Shown here: one piece after another, positions 23,533 through 34,698 of the stretch | Position numbering within the stretch: the stretch's first letter is position 1 | Layout: every line of letters starts with the position of its first letter | Assembly (NCBI GenBank): GCA_051313645.2 | Contig: JBNRSN020000089.1 | Coordinates: forward strand, 1,488,001-1,552,000 | Origin: Centroscyllium fabricii | Lineage: Eukaryota | Length of the DNA: 64,000 bases | Direction of reading: 5' to 3' | Made by a program: the position numbers and the translations under genes | The notes under the pieces: model-generated | The model's input: the letters and a program-made list of their open reading frames with translations, nothing else | What the model was told of the DNA's origin: nothing | Database searches by the model: none

Positions 23533-26500
23533 GGGGGGGGGGAGAGAACGTTCACTGGGGGGGCGGGACGTTCACTGGGGGGAGTGACGTGTCGTCAATT
23601 CCCTTAATAAAAGACCTCGACGAGTAGTGACCTTAAACTACAGGCTTTTATTAACTAACTTTGGAGCTATACTCCGAACGAACATCCAGAACAGAATGAG
23701 GGAGCCTGGTCAGTCCTCACCTATAAAGGGCCTCACCTGGGGGAGGAGTTAGAGGTGTGGCTGACCTGGCTCCACGACAGTGTTGTAAAACAGTGTGACA
23801 ATATTACAGTGGTAAGCTATATAATACGGTTACCACAGGGAGGCGGGGTGTTCACTGGGGGGAGGCGGGACGTTCACTGGGGGGGCGGGACGTTCACTGG
23901 GGGGGGCGGGACATTCACTGGGGGGGCAGGACGTTCACTGGGGGGAGAGAGAACGTTCACTGGGGGGAGAGAGAACGTTCACTGGGGGGAGAGAGATGTT
24001 CACTGGGGGGGGCGGGACGTTCACGGGGGGAGGCGGGGTGTTCACTGGGGGGAGAGAGATGTTCACTGGAGGGGGCGGGACGTTCACTGGGGGGGCAGGA
24101 CGTTCACGGGGGGGCGGGACGTTCACTGTGGGGGAGAGATGTTCACGGGGGAGAGAGACGTTCACTGGGGGGGCGGGATGTTCACTGGGGGGATAGAGAT
24201 GTTCACGGGGGCGGGACGTTCACTGGGGGAGAGAGATGTTCACTGGGGGGTGGGACGTTCACTGGGGGGAGAGAGATGTTCACTGGGGGGAGGCGGGATG
24301 TTCACTGGGGGGGGCGGGACTTTCACTTGGGGGGGTGGGATATTCACTGGGGGGAGGTGGGATGTTCACTGGGTCGGGGCGTTCACTGGGGGGGCGGGAC
24401 GTTCACGGGGGGGGCGAGATGTTCACGGGGGGGGCGGGATGTTCACGGGGGGGCGGGATGTTCATTGGGGGGGCGGGATGTTCACTGGGGGGGGTGTTCA
24501 CTGGGGGGGCGGGGCGTTCACTGGGGGGGTGGGGCGTTCACTGGGGGGGCGGGGCGTTCACTGGGGGGGCGGGGCATTCACTGGGGGGGCGGGATGTTCA
24601 CTGGGGGGGTGGGACGTTCACTGGGGGGCGGGACCATCACGGGGGGGAGAGATGTTCATGGGGGGACGGGACGTTCACTGGGGGGTTCATTCACTGTGGG
24701 GGCGGGAGGTTCACTGCGGGGGCAGGACGTTCACGGGGAGGAGGAACGTTCACAGGGTTGGTGGGACGTTCGCTGGGGGTAGGCACGACATTCACTGGGG
24801 GAGGCGGGACATTCAATGAGGGGGCGGGTCGTTCAGTGGGGGGCGGGACATTCACCGCGGGGGCGGGACGTTCACGGGTGCGGGACGTTTACTGGGGGTT
24901 GGCGGGACGTTCGCTGGGGGGAGACATGACATTCACTGGGGGGGCGGGACGTTCACTGGGGGGCGGACGTTCACTGGGGGGCGGGACGTTCACATGGGGG
25001 GCGGGACGTTCACTCGGGGGGCATTCACTGGGGGGAGAGAAGTTCACTGGGGGAGGCGGGATGTTCACGGGGAGGGAGTTATTCTCTGGGGGGAGAGGGT
25101 TATTCTCTGGGGGGAGAGAGTTATTCACTGGGGGAGAGAGTTATTCTCTGGGGGGAGAGAGTTATTCACTGGGGGAGAGAGTTATTCACTGGGGGAGAGA
25201 GTTATTCTCTGGGGGAGAGAGTTATTCTCTGGGGGGGAGAGAGTTATTCACTGGGGGAGAGAGTTATTCACTGGGGGAGAGAGTTATTCTCTGGGGGGAG
25301 AGAGTTATTCACTGGGGGAGAGAGTTATTCACTGGGGGAGAGAGTTATTCTCTGGGGGGGAGAGAGTTATTCACTGGGGGAGAGAGTTATTCACTGGGGG
25401 AGAGAGTTATTCACTGGTGGAGAGAGTTATTCACTGGGGGGAGTGAGTTATTCTCTGGGGGGAGAGAGTAATTCACTGGGGGAGAGAGTTATTCACTGGG
25501 GGAGAGAGTTATTCTCTGGGGGGGAGAGAGTTATTCACTGGGGGAGAGAGTTATTCTCTGGTTGGAGAGAGTTATTCTCTGGTCAGAGAGAGTTATTCTC
25601 TGGTCGGAGAGAGTTATTCACGGGGGAGAGAGTTATTCTCTGGGGGGAGAGGGTTATTCTCTGGGGGGAGAGAGTTATTCACTGGGGGAGAGAGTTATTC
25701 ACTGGGGGAGAGAGTTATTCTCTGGGGGGAGAGAGTTATTCACTGGGGGAGAGAGTTATTCTCTGGGGGGAGAGAGTTATTCACTGGGGGAGAGAGTTAT
25801 TCACTGGGGGAGAGAGTTATTCTCTGGGGGGAGAGAGTTATTCACTGGGGGAGAGAGTTATTCACTGGGGGAGAGAGTTATTCTCTGGGGGGGAGAGAGT
25901 TATTCACTGGGGGAGAGAGTTATTCACTGGTGGAGAGAGTTATTCACTGGGGGGAGTGAGTTATTCTCTGGGGGGAGAGAGTAATTCACTGGGGGAGAGA
26001 GTTATTCACTGGGGGAGAGAGTTATTCTCTGGGGGGGGAGAGAGTTATTCACTGGGGGAGAGAGTTATTCTCTGGTTGGAGAGAGTTATTCTCTGGTCAG
26101 AGAGAGTTATTCTCTGGTCGGAGAGAGTTATTCACGGGGGAGAGAGTTATTCTCTGGGGGGAGAGGGTTATTCTCTGGGGGGAGAGAGTTATTCACTGGG
26201 GGAGAGAGTTATTCACTGGGGGAGAGAGTTATTCTCTGGGGGGAGAGAGTTATTCACTGGGGGAGAGAGTTATTCACTGGGGGAGAGAGTTATTCTCTGG
26301 AGGAGAGAGTTATTCTCTGGGGGGAGAGAGTTATTCTCTGGGGGGAGAGAGTTATTCACTGGGGAGAGAGTTATTCACTGGGGGAGAGAGTTATTCACTG
26401 GGGAAGAGAGTTATTCTCTGGGGGGAGAGAGTTATTCTCTGGGGGGAGAGAGTTATTCACTGGGGGAGAGAGTTATTCTCGGGGGGAGAGAGTTATTCTC

Positions 26501-26965
26501 TGGGGGAGAGAGTTATTCTCTGGGGGGAGAGAGTTATTCACTGGGGGAGAGAGTTATTCACTGGGGGAGAGAGTTATTCTCTGGAGGAGAGAGTTATTCT
26601 CTGGGGGGAGAGAGTTATTCTCTGGGGGGAGAGAGTTATTCTCTGGGGGAGAGAGTTACTCTCTGGGGGGAGAGAGTTATTCTCTGGGGGGAGAGAGTTA
26701 TTCTCTGGGGGGGAGAGAGTTATTCTCTGGTCGGAGAGAGTTATTCACTGGGGGAGAGAGTTATTCTGTGGGGGGAGAGAGTTATTCACTGGGGGAGAGA
26801 GTTATTCTCTGGGGGAGAGAGTTATTCTCTGGGGGAGAGCGTTATTCTCTGGGGGGAGAGAGTTATTCTCTGGGAGGGAGAGAGTTATTCTCTGGTCGGA
26901 GAGAGTTATTCACTGGGGAACGAGACGTTCACTTTGAGGGGTGGGGGAGCGTTCACTGGGGTGGG
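23533..26965. repeat. G-rich minisatellite with two unit types (about 20-23 bp)
   Basis: Type A, GGGCGGGACGTTCACTGGGG, spans about 23533-25070 and again 26920-26965. Type B, GAGAGAGTTATTC(A/T)CTGGGGG, spans about 25072-26920. Confidence 0.95.
23585..23837 (-). mobile_element. Solo LTR related to the Mag-like Gypsy at 31896-38486
   Basis: Minus strand reads TGTGGTAA...GGTCAGCCACACCTCTAACTCCTCCCC...TTATAGGTGAGG...AATAAAAGCCT...ACTACTCGTC...ATTGACGACACGTCA. 5-bp TSD GGGAG at 23580-23584 and 23838-23842. Confidence 0.9.
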
Positions 26966-27514
26966 GGTGGGGCATTCTCTGTGGGTCAGTGTGTTGGCCT
27001 GGGGGGTAGGTGGGGGCATTCACCTGGCGTGGTGGGACCTTGACTTGATGCGCTGTGGTGGTGGTGTAGTGTGGTAAACGTGAATCCTATCAGTGTGGGG
27101 ATTGTAGTCTTAGAGCGGAGCATCATGTTGGATGGATCCTGGAGATGACTGAGAGTCTCAGATATTGTGAGTTAGATGATGTTTGGTGAGGTTGGGAAGA
27201 CAGTAAAGAAATTTTGTGGGGAGAGAGAGAGAATACATCTTAAAAGGCAAATGAACTTGTCTTAGGATGTGATTATGTCTGGTGGGCTGGGGATGGTTAG
27301 TGACTACAACAGTTGTTTAATGCTTTGTGGCTGTGTAACTGTTTTTGGAAGATGACTAGATGATGGAATTACAATATGAGCGCCTATTGATTGTTCTTGT
27401 CCCTTAATGTTACTGGAATTCACTTCGGGCCACTGTTATTTTCACGTGTGTAGTTATTTTATTTTTGGTTTTTGCCATGTGGTATTAAACTGGGGGAATT
27501 GTGAAAATAGCAGA

Positions 27515-27690
27515 AAGCTGTGGATGCTGGGGACCAGTTAACATTTTCCAGACTAAGTTCAATAGATATTTGTTGGTAAGACTATCGAGGAAGGTGGAGC
27601 AACAGCCAGTAAATGGAGTTCAGGTACAAAGTATACATTGAATGGTGGGATGTGCTTAAGGAGCTGAATGGCTTCCTCCTGTCCCTATCT
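27515..27690 (+). mobile_element. Old CR1 3'-end fragment
   Basis: Degenerate GTGGATGCTGGG...TTCAATAGATATTTG...GAATGG...GCTGAATGGCTTCCTCCTGTCCCTAT resembles the other CR1 tails here. Confidence 0.55.
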
Positions 27691-27719
27691 TCCTACTGCA
27701 AGAAACCTGTCCCAATCAT

Positions 27720-27940
27720 AAATAACAACAAGAAAATGCTGCAAACACTCAGCAGCTCAGGCAGCATCTATGGAGAGAGAAAAGAGGGAACCTTACAGGT
27801 CGATGACCCTTCATCAGAACTGGGAGGATGCTGGTGATGAACAGCTTTTAGGCAAGTAAAGAGCCAGGAAAAGGGAGGGGGAAGGGTAATAATAAAAGGG
27901 CAAGGTCTGTGATAGTGTCGAGGGCAGGCGTGATTAGTTG
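27720..27940 (-). mobile_element. Penelope-like element terminal fragment with a degenerate hammerhead
   Basis: Homologous to 30381-30525 (CAGCAG.TCAGGCAGCATC..GGAGAGAGAAA...GATGACC.TTCATCAGAACTGGGAGGATGCTGG). On the minus strand CTGATGA is present but GAAA reads GTAA. Confidence 0.7.
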
Positions 27941-28152
27941 ACATACCATGTTATGAATCTGGAGAGCAGAGCTCGGGTGTAAGTCGGTCTGAATGCTCAG
28001 ACGCAGCATTTGATTTGAATGCGCACAGTTGCTGCTTTGCCCTGAAATTAAGATTTGTAATTAATCTGCAAAAATTAGTCATTATCTATGGTTTTAAGAA
28101 AATAAGTGATTTTTCTTTGTTTTAATGAGAATTTGTCCTGTTCATGTTTCAG

Positions 28153-28231
28153 ATCGATGCCCTAAGTAAAAGAAGCAAAGAAGCAGAGGCAGCCTTTTTG
28201 AATGTTTACAAACGATTAATTGATGTTCCAG
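28153..28231 (+). CDS. CUX1: Internal coding exon (79 nt) of Cut-like homeobox 1 / CASP, N-terminal coiled-coil region
   Basis: Acceptor TTTCAG| and donor G|GTATGT. It translates to [26 protein letters not shown](D), which matches the vertebrate CUX1/CASP N-terminus as I recall it; CUX2 differs here. I found no other exons in the window. Confidence 0.93.
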
Positions 28232-28617
28232 GTATGTTTCCAGAACACAGTGATTCGTGACCAGTGCATTTCTTGTCACTTCCCTAGTTTTAGAAATGGT
28301 TTGTTTATATATCCTCTTTTCTTCCTGGGATTTGATTTCAAGATTATCCCAGACATAAGTTTTGGTAATCTGAAACCATATTCCAGTAGACACAGTCAGT
28401 ATAATAACAAATATGAATTCACTAAGTAACTCTGATGCAGTCTCAGAGAGGCCGTGGGGATTGAAGATTTTGGGAATGTTAAAGTGACATTGTATGGGTA
28501 AAGGCGATGTACTTGAGGCTTTCCATTGATTTACACAGTGGATGAGAGATTCCTTTTACCCTGATTTTAACTTTAATATTGATGTAAAATTCTTCTGCAG
28601 TTTATGCAAAGTACTTT

Positions 28618-30328
28618 TTGCAAAGATTTTTTGCATCTGTGTTCACTGTGGAGAAGGGCGATGTGGACATTAAAATAAGACAGGAGGAATGCGATACACT
28701 GGATCATATTAGTATTGACAGGGAGGAGGTACTAGCGGTTTTAGCAGGCTTAAAAGTGAATAAGTCTCCAGGCCCTGACGAGATGTATCCCAGGCTGCTG
28801 GGTGAGGCTAAGGAAGAGATTGCAGGGGCTCTGACACAAATTTTCAAAACCTCTCTGGCCACAGGGGATGTGCCGGAGGACTGGAGAATAGCCAATGTAG
28901 TGCCATTATTCAAGAAAGGTAGTAGGGAGAAACCAGGGAATTACAGGCCGGTGAGCCTGACATCAGTGGTGGGGAAATTACTAGAAAGAATCCTGAGGGA
29001 CAAAATTAGTCTCCACTTGGAGAGGCAAGGATTAATTAAGGATAGTCAGCATGGCTTCGTCAAGGGAAGATCGTGTCTGACTAATTTGATTGAATTTTTT
29101 GAAGGGGTGACCAGGTGTGTGGATGAGGGTAGTGCAGTGGACGTGGTATACATGGATTTTAGTAAGGCTTTTGATAAGGTCCCGCATAGGAGACTGGTCA
29201 AGAAGGTAAGAGCCCATGGGATCCAGGGCACCTTGGCTCAGTGGATCCAAAACTGGCTTAGTGACAGGAGGCAGAGGGTGATGGTCGAGGGTTGTTTTTG
29301 TGACTGGAAGCCTGTGTCCAGTGGGGTATCGCAGGGATCGGTGTTAGGTCCCTTGCTGTTTGTAGTCGATATTAATGATTTAGATATTAATGTAAAAGGT
29401 ATGATCAGTAAGTTTGCAGATGACACGAAAGTTGGGGGGTTGGTAAATAGTGAGGATGAAATCCGCAACATGCAGGACGACATAGATGAGTTGGTCAGAT
29501 GGGCGGAACAGTGGCAAATGGAATTTAATCCTGAAAAGTGTGAGGTGATGCATTTCAGTAGGTCTAACATGGCAAGGGAATACACCATGAATGGTAGGAC
29601 GCTAGGGAAGGCAGAGGATCAGAGGGACCTTGGTGTGCAGGTACATAGGTCCCTGAAGGCAGCAGGACAGGTGGATAAGGTGGTTAAAAAGGCATATGGG
29701 ATACTTGCCTTCATTAACCGAGGCATAGAATATAAGAGCAGGGAGGTTATGATGGAGCTGTACAAAACGCTGGTAAGACCACAGCTGGAGTACTGTGTGC
29801 AGTTCTGGTCGCCACACTATAGGAAGGATGTAATAGCTTTGGAGAGGGTGCAGAGGAGATTCACCAGGATGCTGCCTGGGCTGGGGAGCCTCAGCTATGC
29901 AGAGAGACTGGACAGGCTGGGGTTGTTTTCCTTGGAGCAGAGGAGGCTGAGGGTGGACCTGATTGAGGTATACAACATTTTGAGGGGAATAGATAGGGTG
30001 GATGGAGTGGAACTTTTTCCCTTGGTTGAGGGGTCAATAACTAAGGGTCATCATTTTAAGGTAAGGGGCAGGAGGTATCGTGGGGATGTGAGGAAGAACT
30101 TTTTCACCCAGAGGGTGGTTGGAGTCTGGAACTCACTGCCTGAGAGGGTGGTAGAGGCAGGAACCCTCACAACATTCAAAAAGCATTTGGATGAGCACTT
30201 GAAATGCCACAGCATACAAGGCCATGGACCAAATGTGGGAAAATGGGACTAGTATAGACTGGGATTGATGGGTGGCACGGACGCGATCGGCTGAAGGGCC
30301 TCTTTCTGTGCTGTATTACTCTATGACT
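28618..30328 (+). mobile_element. 5'-truncated CR1 LINE with an uninterrupted 544-aa ORF2 fragment
   Basis: Motifs [43 protein letters not shown] and LEYCVQFWSP. CR1 tail GAAGGGCCTCTTTCTGTGCTGTA..CTCTATGACT. Confidence 0.95.
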
Positions 30329-30380
30329 AACAGGATTATCATTATTCTTGGAACACTTAAACCTTTAGTGGTTCTGTAAT

Positions 30381-30610
30381 AGCAAAATACTGCAGATGCT
30401 GGAAATCCGAAATAATAACAGAAAACGCTGGAGAAATTCAGCAGGCCCGGCAGCATCGGTGGAGAGAGAAACAGAGTTAACGTTTCAGATCGATGACCTT
30501 TCATCAGAACTGGGAGGATGCTGGGCATCGACCTGAAACGTTAACTCTGTTTCTCTCTCCACCGATGCTGCCTGGCCTGCTGAGTTTCTCCAGCGTTTTC
30601 TGTTGTTATT
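30381..30610. mobile_element. Penelope-like fold-back insertion (inverted pseudo-LTR fragments)
   Basis: 85-bp inverted arms at 30411-30495 and 30526-30610. Flanked by the direct repeat TTAGTGGTTCTGTAAT at 30365-30380 and 30609-30624. Confidence 0.85.
30475..30511 (-). ncRNA. Minimal type I hammerhead ribozyme motif (Penelope-type)
   Basis: Minus strand reads AGTT-CTGATGA-A-AGGTC-ATC-GATCT-GAAA-CG-TT-AACT. Stem I is AGUU/AACU, stem II is AGGUC/GAUCU, stem III is palindromic ACGU, and the cleavage triplet is GUU. Confidence 0.72.
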
Positions 30611-31895
30611 AGTGGTTCTGTAATTTGTTTCAAACTTAGCATAAAAACATAATTGTGTATAAAATATATCTGGAAAAATGTATACTTTGAAATTATGAAG
30701 GGTATTCAGCGTTCTCAAGCGAACGTGTGTGATATCTGTTAAAAACAAGTATGTCTCTTCATATTTTCCTCACTTTATTCAAGAACCAGCAGGTTTTTAT
30801 GTGTATACATGTATATATTTTTCTTCAACGCAACAGAGGATTATTAGTTTAGTTACAACAGTCACTGCAATTTTCATTCCATCCTATTCTACATTATTTT
30901 AAAAAGTTTCTATCACGGCCTTTCTTCCAGACTATATTGAAAGGGTTTGCTGTTCATCTGATGTTATATTGTACAATGTGTTTGTATCCAGTCCGCATCC
31001 ACTCAGACTAATTTCTCTATTCCTTGTTTTCCTGAGTACCCTTTCCAGCCAGTCTCGGTGGGTCACCGAAGGAACCACTCAGTAAATCATCTCTGCTGTG
31101 GTTAGGGGTTCTCATCACGGTAACTCACATTGCAAGCTTGTAACATGGCTTGAAATATGGGCAAAACTGTATTAGTGCCAAAGTGTGTAATATAAAATAT
31201 TGTATCGGGGGCAGCTCGTGTTGACTGTGATTGAACTTTGTAGCTACAGCGCAGCTGTGTGACTCCCTAGAAACATATTTCACACTTTCCTTTTAAATTT
31301 AAAAGAAATGGTGAGTTAGGGATGTATTTCTCATGCTTCTTACCAGCCATGTATTTTAAATAACAATGTTGTGGTGGCTGTGGTACTGGACATCCCATAT
31401 CACAATACTAATTGCTGTATGAATAACTGTGCTTAGAATTCCAGCTGATTCTCCTTAATGAGACAGCTGGGTTAATTATGTAATCGTTCAATTACATCAG
31501 CCCTGAAACCCCACCCCAAACAGACAGGGACGCATCTGAAAATCTAATGCCATCAGATGCGCTGCACACAGATATACACAAGGAGCTATTCATCTTCCTG
31601 ATACGTGCCAGTGACGCAGTTACCCACATTGCAGTGTCTTCAAACAGCAGTAAAGGTCTTCCAGATGTTTACATGTAGTCTGCAATTGTAATGGCTTTTG
31701 AGAAGAAGAAAATCTGCTGGCAGTTTCAGCTTCTGCAAAATATTCTTGGCAATTTGTTGAGATTATTTTTTTGCCAATAGGAAACATTTTTAGCGGACAA
31801 CGTAGCATTTACAAAATGTAACATAATACATGTAAATATATGACAATATAAAATAAAGTACTGCGTTCAGGCTAACTTGCTGCATATAGCAGGCC

Positions 31896-32177
31896 TGTGG
31901 TAATCATGATTACCAGTGTATATTGTTGAGCACATTACAGACCAGCATGTATAGTGGCTGGGTGCATTGTATATAGTTTTGTATAATGACACTGTCGCGA
32001 GGTCAGGTCAGCCACACCTCTAACTCCTCCCCTCAGGTGAGCGCCTTATAGGTGAGGTCTGACCTGCCCCCATTCATTCTGTACTCAATGTTCGACTGGA
32101 GAGTAGCTCCATTGTAAAGTGATTAAAAGCCTCTAGTTAAGGTAACTACTCGTCTTTGTCTTATTGACGATACGTCA
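31896..32177 (+). repeat. 5' LTR (282 bp)
   Basis: TGTGGTAATC...GATACGTCA, with a TATA-like TTATAG at about 32045 and ATTAAA at 32122-32127. I count 8 differences from the 3' LTR. Confidence 0.96.
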
Positions 32178-33195
32178 ATTTTAATCACTTTAAATTTTCG
32201 AAATGGAGAGCGGCGCTGTGAAACCTGAAAAGCTGGATATTAGTCCACAGGATCCAGACGCCGCCAATACGTTTGAACATTGGTTCAGCCTTGTCGAGGC
32301 CTACATGACAGCCGCCAAGGCGACGACCGACGGGAACAAACTCCACGTTCTCTCGTCCAGGATCTCCAGCCGGGTGTACTCCTTCATCCGCGACGCAACA
32401 ACGTACAAAGAGGCCGTGGAGAAACTGAAGGCATGCTACGTGCGCCCGGTCCACTCGGTCTATGCCAGACACGTGCTGGCGATCAGACAACAATGGCTCG
32501 GTGAGTCTAATGAACAGTACCTGTTGGCGCTTCAAGCCCTCGCCCGGGCCTGTGACTGCCAGCCACGAACGGCGCAGGAGGAGACGAATCTTCTCGTTCG
32601 AGACGCCTACGTGACGGGGATCAGGTCCAGCCAGTCCCGCCAGCGGTTGCTGGAAAAAGAGACTTTATCGCTGGAGGAGGCGATCTCCATCTCTAACGCG
32701 GTGGATGGAGCACGCCGCAGGCTAGAGGCATATAGCGGTCAAGGCGCACACGCCACCCTCGATTCCTGGGCGGCCCCACGACAGGTCGAGACCCCCACAA
32801 TGGCAGCAGCAGCTGCGAAGACGCCGGCGGACAGAAAATGCTACTTCTGCGGCCAGGGACTGCATCCGCGAGCGAAATGCCCTGCGAGGACCGCGACCTG
32901 TGAGAGATGCAGTAAAAATGGACACTACGCCAGGGTCTGCAAATCGGCCCCAGCGCCCAGCTCCAGACACAACAGCGCGGCCTGCGAGAGCTCCAACGCC
33001 ATCCCATGGCCTCAGGTAAGCTGCTGTTGCAGCGCGACCCAGCAGCGGTCCGGGGGTAGATTACAAGCGCCCCCGCCTCCCACCCCGATACGGCAGAGGC
33101 CGACCGCGCACACGGCACGGGCACCGCCATGCCAAAGACGGCCGCGGCCTGCCATGGGCGACCTCCCAACGCCGGCATCTCGCCCAGCGTGGCCC

Positions 33196-33450
33196 GCTGC
33201 GTGCGAATCACGGGCGCCGCCAACTCGGCCACCGCAGTCGGCCGCGTGCGAACCACGGGCACGTCCACCGCGGCCCGCCGCGTGCGAATCACGGGCGCCG
33301 CCATTTCGTTTTCAGCGGCCAGCCATGTGCGACCCCCCGGCGCCGCCATCTTGTCTTCAACGGCCAGCCATGTGCGACCCCCCGGCGCCGCCATCTTGTC
33401 CACCGTGGTCGGCCGTGTGCGAATCACGGGCGCCACCATCTTGTGCATGG
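33196..33450 (+). repeat. Coding tandem repeats in the Gag-protease linker
   Basis: About six 39-45 bp units, GCGTGCGAATCACGGGCGCCGCCA-like, encoding AACESRAPP / AMCDPPAPP. Confidence 0.8.
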
Positions 33451-34532
33451 CCCCAGCTAGCGGAGGGCCCCCACACACACACACACACTTCGGCCTCAGC
33501 CACGGTCAACCAGGCTAGGCCGCACACCCTATCAAATTTCATGATGGGGATTAAAGTTAACGGCCATATAACCAACTGCCTGTTCGACACCGGAAGCACA
33601 GAGAGCTTCATTCACCCCGACACAGTGCGGCGCTACGGACTGCAGACCCTGCCCACGCACTACCAAATCTCCCTTGCTTCAAAGTCCCACACGGCGGACG
33701 TCACTGGCTACTGCTCCGTCACGCTCACAGTCAGGGACTGCGTGTACCGTAACTTTAAACTGTACATACTCCAGCAGTTGTGCGCCCCAGTCTCACTGGG
33801 ACTGGATTTCCAGTGCCACCTGAAGAGTGTGACAATGGAGTTCGCCGGGACCCTGGCCCCCCTCACCGTCAGTAGCCGGGACAATCCCTTCCTAAAGCGG
33901 AGCCCGACTTGCGGCCTATCCACCCTGAACGTCGACCCCCCCTCGCTGTTCGCCAACCTTGACCCCAACTGCAAACCCATTGCTACCAAGAGTCGGCGTT
34001 ACAGTGCGGGGGATCGGGCATTTATCAGGTCGGAGGTCGGGCGTATGCTGCAGGAGGGGATAATTGAAGCCAGCACCAGCCCCTGGCGGGCCCAGGTCGT
34101 AGTGGTTAAGACTGGCGAGAAACTGCGGATGGTGATCGACTACAGCCAGACCATTAACCGCTACACCGGGCTCGACGCCTACGCCTTCCCCGCATCTCGG
34201 AAATGGTTAACCAGATCGCCCAGTATAAGGTTTTCTCCACAATCGACCTTAAGTCGGCGTATCACCAACTCCCGATCCGGAAAGCTGACCGCCTGTACAC
34301 CACCTTCGAGGCGAACGGTCGGCTCTACCACTTCCTCCGGGTCCCCTTCGGCGTGACCAACGGAGTGTCGGTATTCCAAAGGGAGATGGACCGCATGGTT
34401 GACCAGAATGGGTTGCCGGCCACTTTCCCCTACCTGGACAATGTGACCAACTGTGGCCATGACCAGCAGGACCACGATGCCAACCTGGCCAAATTCCTCC
34501 ACACGGCGAAACGGCTCGATCTCACGTACGTG

Positions 34533-34698
34533 GGGCCCTGTTTTCCTGTGCTCCAGAGGAGCTGCACACTCACGAAGGGGGGTCAGAAATGCCTCGTGGG
34601 TATGCAGCACGGGGTGTGCCCACGAACGTCAATTTCCTGTGCCGCGGGTGTACAGGAGCGCGCACCCACAGCAAACGGACCACAGGAAAACAGGGCCC
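34533..34698. mobile_element. MITE nested in the Gypsy RT (166 bp; Harbinger-like termini)
   Basis: Perfect 18-bp TIRs GGGCCCTGTTTTCCTGTG / CACAGGAAAACAGGGCCC interrupt LDLTY|NKDKCVF. Three extra bases (GTG) on the left do not match the right flank (AAT). Confidence 0.85.

Noticed and set aside
23755-27077. Long Gly-rich ORFs (354, 411, 544 aa)
   Set aside because: They are translations of a stop-poor G-rich minisatellite, open in several frames at once.
27790-27830. Second active hammerhead ribozyme
   Set aside because: The core GAAA is changed to GTAA and stem III/I sequences are degenerate.
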